A DNA stretch of 6,961 bases. It comes from a virus (Duplodnaviria; Heunggongvirae; Uroviricota; Caudoviricetes). A model generated the notes under the pieces. It made no database searches. It was not told where the DNA came from and saw only the letters and a program-made list of their open reading frames with translations. Position 1 is the stretch's first letter, and each line of letters starts with the position of its first letter. The position numbers were made by a program, and so were the translations under genes. Shown one piece after another: positions 1 to 5,662 of the stretch. Location: IMG/VR virus record IMGVR_UViG_2531839579_000008; one strand, 5' to 3'.

Positions 1-226
1 TAATTGTATTATCAATAAAATAAAAGCTTGGGCGAGCGCATATAAAGTATATATGGCATTTTGAAAGTTGTTTTTCTTGTTCTAAATTAATTTTTGCATC
101 AGACGTTAGTTGCTGAGCAGTAAGCATCGCTGTAAAACTATTTAAGTATCCAAAAGCAAATTCGTGTATGAATTTTCTTTTCACTCGAAATATCCTCACT
201 AGAAATGAATAATATTGGTTTTTCAT
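1..226 (-). CDS. Hypothetical protein, N-terminal 75 codons only (gene runs off the left edge); candidate accessory/moron gene
   Basis: Reverse-strand frame is open for 75 codons from ATG (complement of 224-226) to position 2, with an in-frame stop (complement of 236-238) just upstream, so this ATG is the first possible start. An uninterrupted frame this long is unusual in DNA of about 30% GC (my count: 26% in 1-100, 35% in 101-200). Translation begins MKNQYYSFLVRIFRVKRKFIHEFAFGYLNSFTAMLTAQQLTSDAKINLEQEKQLSKCH; I recognise no family. No convincing Shine-Dalgarno. Missing from the supplied ORF track probably because it is edge-truncated. Confidence 0.45.
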   Translation of the reverse strand, partial: MKNQYYSFLVRIFRVKRKFIHEFAFGYLNSFTAMLTAQQLTSDAKINLEQEKQLSKCHIYFICARPSFYFIDNTI

Positions 227-555
227 GATAATACTCTATTGATCCTAGACTTACCATTTAAAAAACGAACTGACATGCTCCCGTTGATTAATAAGCTGTA
301 AGGTTAGCAATTCTTTTGGCGTTGAGAACAACTGCGAACTTCCGTTCCTTGCTCAAAGCAGACTGTTAGATTTGATAGCGTTTGGGCTATGTAAGTAGCC
401 AGTTGGAGAATGAGTGAGTGCAAATCAGGACTGGCGGGCGAATTGCCTGCATTTTCTTTATCTGTTGTTTCATCCACTGACCAGCCAGGTCAAATAGCGT
501 CTTATGCTCTGCACAACAGAAAATAGTTGCACCCATTAACCACGGAGTTAAACGG
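227..555. promoter_or_regulatory. Divergent intergenic region; expected to hold the promoter of the reverse-strand ORF and the late promoter of the FI-FII-E-T-U-D operon
   Basis: 329 bp with no ORF of any size worth calling, lying between two divergently oriented genes, and a composition shift from AT-rich (left) to GC-rich (right). Shine-Dalgarno GGAG at 545-548, 7 nt before the FI ATG. I scanned 420-555 for the Ogr-type TGT-N12-ACA dyad of P2 late promoters and found no exact match, so no promoter position is called. Confidence 0.3.
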
Positions 556-1741
556 ATGAGTGACTATCATCATGGCGTGCAGGTGCTGGAGATTAACGAC
601 GGCACCCGCGTCATTTCCACCGTATCCACTGCCATTGTCGGCATGGTCTGCACGGCCAGCGATGCGGATGCGGAAACCTTCCCCCTCAATAAACCGGTGC
701 TGATTACCAATGTGCAAAGCGCAATTGCAAAGGCCGGTAAAAAAGGCACGCTGGCGGCATCGTTGCAGGCCATCGCTGACCAGTCAAAACCGGTCACCGT
801 TGTCGTGCGCGTGGAAGACGGCACCGGTGATGACGAGGAAACGAAACTCGCGCAGACCGTTTCCAATATCATCGGCACCACCGACGAAAACGGTCAGTAC
901 ACCGGACTAAAAGCCCTGCTGGCGGTGGAGTCGGTAACCGGTGTTAAACCGCGTATTCTCGGTGTGCCGGGACTGGACACCAAAGAGGTGGCTGTTGCAC
1001 TGGCATCCGTCTGTCAGAAGCTGCGCGCTTTCGGATATATCAGCGCATGGGGCTGTAAGACCATTTCCGAGGTGAAAGCCTACCGCCAGAATTTCAGCCA
1101 GCGTGAGCTGATGGTCATCTGGCCGGATTTCCTCGCATGGGATACGGTCACCAGTACCACCGCCACCGCGTATGCCACCGCCCGTGCGCTGGGTCTGCGC
1201 GCTAAAATCGACCAGGAGCAGGGCTGGCATAAAACGCTGTCCAACGTCGGGGTAAACGGTGTTACCGGCATCAGCGCATCTGTATTCTGGGATTTGCAGG
1301 AGTCGGCACCGATGCTGACCTGCTTAACGAGTCAGGCGTCACTACGCTGATTCGCCGCGACGGTTTCCGTTCTGGGGTAACCGTACCTGCTCTGATGACC
1401 CGCTGTTCCTCTTTGAAAACTAACCCGCACCGCGCAGGTGTGGCCGACACGATGGCTGAGGCGCACATGTGGGCGGTGGACAAGCCCATCACCGCAACGC
1501 TGATTCGCGACATCGTTGACGGCATCAATGCCAAATTCGTGAGCTGAAAACAAACGGCTATATCGTGGATGCGACCTGCTGGTTCAGCGAAGAATCCAAC
1601 GATGCGGAAACCCTCAAGGCCGGAAAACTGTATATCGACTACGACTATACACCGGTGCCTCCTCTTGAAAACCTGACCCTGCGCCAGCGTATTACCGATA
1701 AATACCTGGCAAATCTGGTCACTTCGGTTAACAGCAATTAA
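556..1741 (+). pseudogene. FI: Tail sheath protein gpFI (P2 family), reading frame interrupted; intact only for 556..1350 (264 aa)
   Basis: N-terminus MSDYHHGVQVLEINDGTRVISTVSTAIVGMVC matches P2 gpFI as I recall it. The ORF stops at 1348-1350, but coding continues in shifted frames: frame 0 (1308-1370) TDADLLNESGVTTLIRRDGFR, frame 2 (1373-1420) WGNRTCSDDPLFLFEN, frame 1 (1423-1440) TRTAQV, frame 0 (1443-1538) ADTMAEAHMWAVDKPITATLIRDIVDGINAKF, frame 2 (1541-1738) ELKTNGYIVDATCWFSEESNDAETLKAGKLYIDYDYTPVPPLENLTLRQRITDKYLANLVTSVNSN, with stop TAA at 1739-1741 overlapping the FII Shine-Dalgarno. Each hop is a -1 step, so five single-base losses near 1305, 1371, 1421, 1440 and 1539. Corrected length would be about 396 aa, the typical sheath size. 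Confidence 0.85.
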
Positions 1742-1753
1742 GGAGCCTGACCG

Positions 1754-2272
1754 ATGGCAATGCCGCGCAAACTCAAGTTAATGAACGTCTTTCTGAACGG
1801 CTACAGCTATCAGGGCGTTGCAAAGTCCGTCACGCTGCCAAAACTGACCCGTAAGCTTGAAAACTATCGCGGTGCGGGGATGAACGGCAGCGCACCGGTA
1901 GACCTCGGCCTTGATGACGATGCGCTGTCAATGGAGTGGTCGCTCGGTGGCTTCCCGGATTCGGTTATCTGGGAGCTTTACGCCGCAACCGGCGTGGATG
2001 CCGTCCCGATTCGTTTTGCAGGCTCTTACCAGCGCGACGATACCGGCGAAACGGTGGCCGTTGAGGTGGTCATGCGTGGACGTCAGAAAGAAATCGACAC
2101 CGGCGAGGGTAAACAGGGAGAAGACACCGAGTCGAAAATCTCCGTGGTCTGCACCTATTTCCGGCTGACGATGGACGGTAAGGAGCTGGTCGAAATCGAC
2201 ACCATCAACATGATTGAGAAGGTGAACGGCGTCGACCGGCTGGAGCAACACCGCCGCAATATCGGCCTGTGA
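1754..2272 (+). CDS. FII: Tail tube protein gpFII (P2 family)
   Basis: Intact 172-aa ORF beginning MAMPRKLKLMNVFLNGYSYQGVAKSVTLPKL, matching P2 gpFII in sequence and length as recalled. Strong Shine-Dalgarno AAGGAG at 1740-1745. Immediately follows the sheath gene as in P2. Confidence 0.9.
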   Translation: MAMPRKLKLMNVFLNGYSYQGVAKSVTLPKLTRKLENYRGAGMNGSAPVDLGLDDDALSMEWSLGGFPDSVIWELYAATGVDAVPIRFAGSYQRDDTGETVAVEVVMRGRQKEIDTGEGKQGEDTESKISVVCTYFRLTMDGKELVEIDTINMIEKVNGVDRLEQHRRNIGL

Positions 2273-2279
2273 TTTTCAT

Positions 2280-2300
2280 CCGGTCAGCCTGGCTGACCGG
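2280..2300 (+). other. Perfect palindrome / stem-loop between FII and E
   Basis: CCGGTCAGCC-T-GGCTGACCGG: two 10-nt arms that are exact reverse complements around a single central T, starting 8 nt after the FII stop. It is followed by TTAACCCC, not a U-run, so it is not a canonical intrinsic terminator. Confidence 0.35.
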
Positions 2301-2328
2301 TTAACCCCGATTCATAAGTGAGAAAACC

Positions 2329-2604
2329 ATGAACAAAGAAAATGTGATTACCCTGGACAATCCGGTCAAACGTGGTGAGCAGGTTATCGAACAGGTCACG
2401 CTGATGAAACCCAGTGCCGGGACGCTGCGCGGTGTCAGTCTGGCAGCGGTCGCAAACTCCGAAGTCGATGCACTGATTAAGGTGTTGCCGCGCATGACGG
2501 CACCGATGCTGACCGAGCAGGAAGTCGCCGCACTGGAACTGCCTGACCTTGTGGCGCTGGCCGGTAAGGTGGTCGGTTTTTTGTCGCCGAACTCGGTGCA
2601 GTGA
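2329..2604 (+). CDS. E: Tail assembly chaperone gpE (P2 family)
   Basis: Intact 91-aa ORF MNKENVITLDNPVKRGEQVIEQVTLMKPSAGTLRGVSLAAVANSEVDALIKVLPRMTAPMLTEQEVAALELPDLVALAGKVVGFLSPNSVQ, matching P2 gpE in sequence and length as recalled. Confidence 0.9.
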   Translation: MNKENVITLDNPVKRGEQVIEQVTLMKPSAGTLRGVSLAAVANSEVDALIKVLPRMTAPMLTEQEVAALELPDLVALAGKVVGFLSPNSVQ

Positions 2605-2756
2605 CGTTCCCGAAAAATCTGTCGGTCGATGACCTGATGGCGGATGTGGCAGTGATATTTCACTGGCCGCCATCAGAACTGTATCCCATGAGCCTGACCG
2701 AACTCATCACATGGCGCGAAAAGGCGCTCCGGCGAAGCGGAAACACGAATGAGTAA
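2329..2756 (+). CDS. E': gpE+E' fusion made by programmed -1 ribosomal frameshift near the 3' end of E
   Basis: Slippery run TTTTTTG at 2577-2583 inside the last codons of E. The -1 frame from 2583 is open to TAA at 2754-2756 and reads VAELGAVTFPKNLSVDDLMADVAVIFHWPPSELYPMSLTELITWREKALRRSGNTNE. Total about 142 aa, the size I recall for P2 E+E'. The E' stop overlaps the T start at 2749. Confidence 0.8.
2577..2583 (+). other. Programmed -1 frameshift slippery site (T6G) for E/E'
   Basis: TTTTTTG heptamer, 20 nt before the E stop codon, with an open -1 frame downstream. This is the arrangement of the conserved tail-chaperone frameshift in P2 (gpE/E') and lambda (gpG/GT). Confidence 0.75.
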
Positions 2757-5174
2757 CAATGTAAAATTACAGGTATTGCTCAGGGCTGTTGACCAGGCAT
2801 CCCGCCCGTTTAAATCCATCCGCACAGCGAGCAAATCGCTGTCGGGGGATATCCGGGAAACACAAAAATCACTGCGCGAGCTGAACGGTCACGCATCCCG
2901 TATTGAGGGATTCGCAAGACCAGTGCACAGCTCGCCGTGACTGGTCATGCACTTGAAAAGGCACGGCAGGAGGCCGAAGCCCTTGCCACACAGTTTAAAA
3001 ACACCGAACGTCCGACACGTGCTCAGGCGAAAGTGCTGGAATCGCAAGCGGCGGCGGAGGACTTACAGGCGAAATATAACCGCCTGACGGATTCCGTTAA
3101 ACGCCAGCAGCGGGAACTGGCCGTTGTGGGAATTAATACCCGCAATCTTGCACATGATGAGCAGGGACTGAAAAACCGTATCAGTGAAACCACCGCCCAG
3201 CTTAACCGGCAGCGTGACGCGCTGGCGCGTGTCAGTGCGCAACAGGCAAAACTTAACGCAGTCAAACAGCGTTATCAGGCCGGAAAGGAACTGGCCGGAA
3301 ATATGGCCTCAGTGGGCGCTGCCGGTGTGGGGATTGCTGCTGCGGGAACGATGGCCGGAGTTAAGTTGCTGATGCCCGGTTATGAGTTTGCGCAGAAAAA
3401 CTCAGAATTGCAGGCTGTGCTCGGTGTGGCAAAAGACTCCGCCGAAATGGCCGCGCTCCGCAAGCAGGCGCGCCAGCTCGGCGACAATACCGCAGCCTCG
3501 GCAGATGATGCAGCCGGTGCGCAGATTATTATTGCGAAAGCCGGTGGGGATGTTGATGCCATTCAGGCGGCAACGCCGGTCACGTTGAATATGGCGCTGG
3601 CGAACCGCCGCACGATGGAAGAAAACGCCGCCCTGCTGATGGGGATGAAATCCGCCTTTCAGCTTTCAAACGATAAGGTCGCTCATATCGGGGATGTTCT
3701 CTCCATGACGATGAACAAAACCGCCGCCGATTTTGACGGTATGAGCGATGCGCTGACCTATGCCGCACCTGTGGCAAAAAATGCCGGTGTCAGCATTGAA
3801 GAAACCGCCGCAATGGTCGGGGCGCTGCATGATGCAAAAATCACAGGCTCAATGGCGGGGACGGGAAGCCGTGCCGTGTTAAGCCGCCTGCAGGCACCGA
3901 CGGGAAAAGCATGGGATGCACTCAAAGAGCTTGGAGTGAAAACCTCAGACAGCAAGGGAAACACCCGGCCAATATTTACCATTCTGAAAGAAATGCAGGC
4001 CAGTTTTGAGAAAAACCGGCTCGGTACTGCCCAGCAGGCTGAATACATGAAAACCATTTTCGGGGAGGAGGCCAGCTCAGCCGCCGCTGTGCTGATGACT
4101 GCCGCCTCAACCGGAAAGCTGGACAAACTGACCGCTGCGTTTAAAGCCTCAGACGGGAAGACCGCAGAGCTGGTAAATATCATGCAGGACAACCTCGGCG
4201 GTGACTTTAAGGAGTTTCAGTCCGCTTATGAGGCGGTGGGGACGACCTGTTTGACCAGCAGGAAGGCGCACTGCGTAATCTCACGCAGACGGCCACAAAG
4301 TATGTGTTAAAACTCGACGGCTGGATCCAGAAAAACAAATCACTGGCGTCAACCATCGGCTCATTGTCGGTGGGCCTGGCCTATTGGTCATCGGTGCCAT
4401 TGGCTGTAGCCTGGCCGGTTATCACGGCATCAATGCCATCATCGCGGCAGCAGGCGCAATGGGGGCATCTTCACGACGGTTGGCAGTGCTGTTATGACGC
4501 CATCGGGGCGATTAGCTGGCCGGTTGTGGCCGTGGTGGCCGCCATTGTCGCCGGGGCGTTGCTTATCCGTAAATACTGGGAGCCTGTCAGCGCATTCTTT
4601 GGCGGTGTGGTGGAAGGGCTGAAAGCGGCATTTGCGCCGGTGGGGGAACTGTTCACGCCACTTAAACCGGTGTTTGACTGGCTGGGCGAAAAGTTACAGG
4701 CCGCGTGGCAGTGGTTTAAAAACCTGATTGCCCCGGTCAAAGCCACCCAGGACACCCTGAACCGTTGCCGTGACACGGGCGTCATGTTCGGGCAGGCACT
4801 GGCTGACGCGCTGATGCTGCCGCTTAATGCGTTCAACAAACTGCGCGGCGGTATTGACTGGGTACTGGAAAAACTCGGCGTCATCAACAAAGAGTCAGGC
4901 ACGCTTGACCAGACCGCCGCCAGAACTCATGCCGCCACGTATGGCACCGGTGGTTATATTCCGGCGACCAGCTCTTATGCAGGTTATCAGGCTTATCAGC
5001 CGGTCACGGCACCGGCTGGCCGCTCTTATGTAGACCAGAGTAAAAACGAATATCACATCACCTGACGGGGGTACTCGCCGGGGAACAGCTCGACCGCCAG
5101 TTACAGGATGCCTCGAAAAATACGAGCGGGATAAACGTGCGCGCGCCCGTGCCAGCATGATGCATGACGGTTAA
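2749..5174 (+). pseudogene. T: Tail tape measure protein gpT (P2 family), reading frame interrupted at several points
   Basis: N-terminus MSNNVKLQVLLRAVDQASRPFKSIRTASKSL matches P2 gpT as recalled. The track splits the gene into 2749..2940 (frame 1), 2937..4310 (frame 0) and 4304..5065 (frame 2). Frame hops: near 2913 (IEGF then RKTSAQLAVTGHAL in the next frame); near 4244 (EAVGT then LFDQQEGALRNLTQTATKYVLKLDGW); three hops in 4362-4499 within a hydrophobic segment; near 5062 and 5112, after which frame 0 reads LEKYERDKRARARASMMHDG to TAA at 5172-5174, which overlaps the U Shine-Dalgarno AAGGAGG (5173-5179). Corrected length about 810 aa, against about 815 aa recalled for P2 gpT. Confidence 0.85.
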
Positions 5175-5188
5175 GGAGGTGACGAAAA

Positions 5189-5662
5189 ATGATGCTCGCG
5201 TTAGGTATGTTTGTTTTTATGCGCCAGACGCTGCCACACCAGACCATGCAGCGTGAATCAGATTATCGCTGGCCGTCAAATTCCCGTATCGGTAAACGGG
5301 AGCTTTCAGTTTCTCGGTGTGGGAGGAAAACATCACGCTTGCCGGTGTGCTTTATCCCGACTGACCGGCGGAAGCTGACGATGACCACGCTCAGGCTGAT
5401 GGCAGAGGAAGGCCGGGCGTGGCCGTTGCTGGATGGCACCGGCATGATTTACGGCATGTATGTCATCAGCAGGGTGAGTGAAGCAGGGAGTATTTTCTTT
5501 GCAGACGGCACACCCCGAAAAATTGATTTTACGCTGTCGCTTACCCGCGTTGATGAATCACTGGCCGCGCTTTATGGCGATATCGGTAAACAGGCGGAAT
5601 CGCTCATCGGTAAGGCTGGCAGTATGGCGACTAAATTCACGGGTATGACGGGGGCGGGATAA
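5189..5662 (+). CDS. U: Tail protein gpU (P2 family); full-length frame but with an internal 25-aa stretch that appears to be read out of frame
   Basis: 157-aa ORF with Shine-Dalgarno AAGGAGG at 5173-5179. The N-terminus MMLALGMFVFMRQTLPHQTMQRESDYRWPSNSRIGKR and the C-terminus KLTMTTLRLMAEEGRAWPLLDGTGMIYGMYVISRVSEAGSIFFADGTPRKIDFTLSLTRVDESLAALYGDIGKQAESLIGKAGSMATKFTGMTGAG match P2 gpU as recalled. The middle segment ELSVSRCGRKTSRLPVCFIPTDRR (5300-5371) is Arg/Cys-rich, while the other two frames over the same bases read FQFLGVG, EENITLAGVLYP and LTGG. Confidence 0.85.
   Translation: MMLALGMFVFMRQTLPHQTMQRESDYRWPSNSRIGKRELSVSRCGRKTSRLPVCFIPTDRRKLTMTTLRLMAEEGRAWPLLDGTGMIYGMYVISRVSEAGSIFFADGTPRKIDFTLSLTRVDESLAALYGDIGKQAESLIGKAGSMATKFTGMTGAG

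Noticed and set aside
420-555. Ogr-binding dyad (TGT-N12-ACA) of a P2 late promoter upstream of FI
   Set aside because: I scanned by eye and found no exact match, so I am not calling a site. This is a negative result by inspection, not proof of absence.
502-1553. Several reverse-strand and alternative-frame ORFs overlapping FI (502..717 -, 570..881 -, 710..910 +, 907..1230 -, 1080..1271 -, 1271..1534 -, 1332..1553 -)
   Set aside because: All overlap the sheath gene, whose sense-frame translation is recognisable. Their translations are low-complexity and lack ribosome-binding sites.
1911-2673. Alternative-frame and antisense ORFs over FII and E (1911..2168 +, 1928..2251 -, 2284..2673 -, 2301..2663 -)
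   Set aside because: They overlap the intact FII and E genes. The only functional alternative frame here is the E' extension, which is called separately.
2749-2940. 63-aa ORF that could be called as a separate small gene
   Set aside because: It is the N-terminus of tape measure gene T, cut off by a frame hop near 2913. The protein continues in the next frame without a gap.
3184-3588. Short same-strand alternative-frame ORFs inside T (3184..3372 +, 3382..3588 +) and 4827..5033 +, and 5263..5445 - inside U
   Set aside because: These are internal to T or U in the wrong frame, with Arg/Pro/Trp-rich translations, and do not coincide with any of the inferred frame-hop segments.
3758-4192. 144-aa reverse-strand ORF inside T (also 3023..3265, 3380..3562, 3580..3777 and 4492..4902 on the reverse strand)
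   Set aside because: These lie antisense to a recognisable tape measure gene in GC-rich DNA, where long spurious antisense ORFs are expected. They have no ribosome-binding site and Ala/Ser/Arg-rich low-complexity translations.
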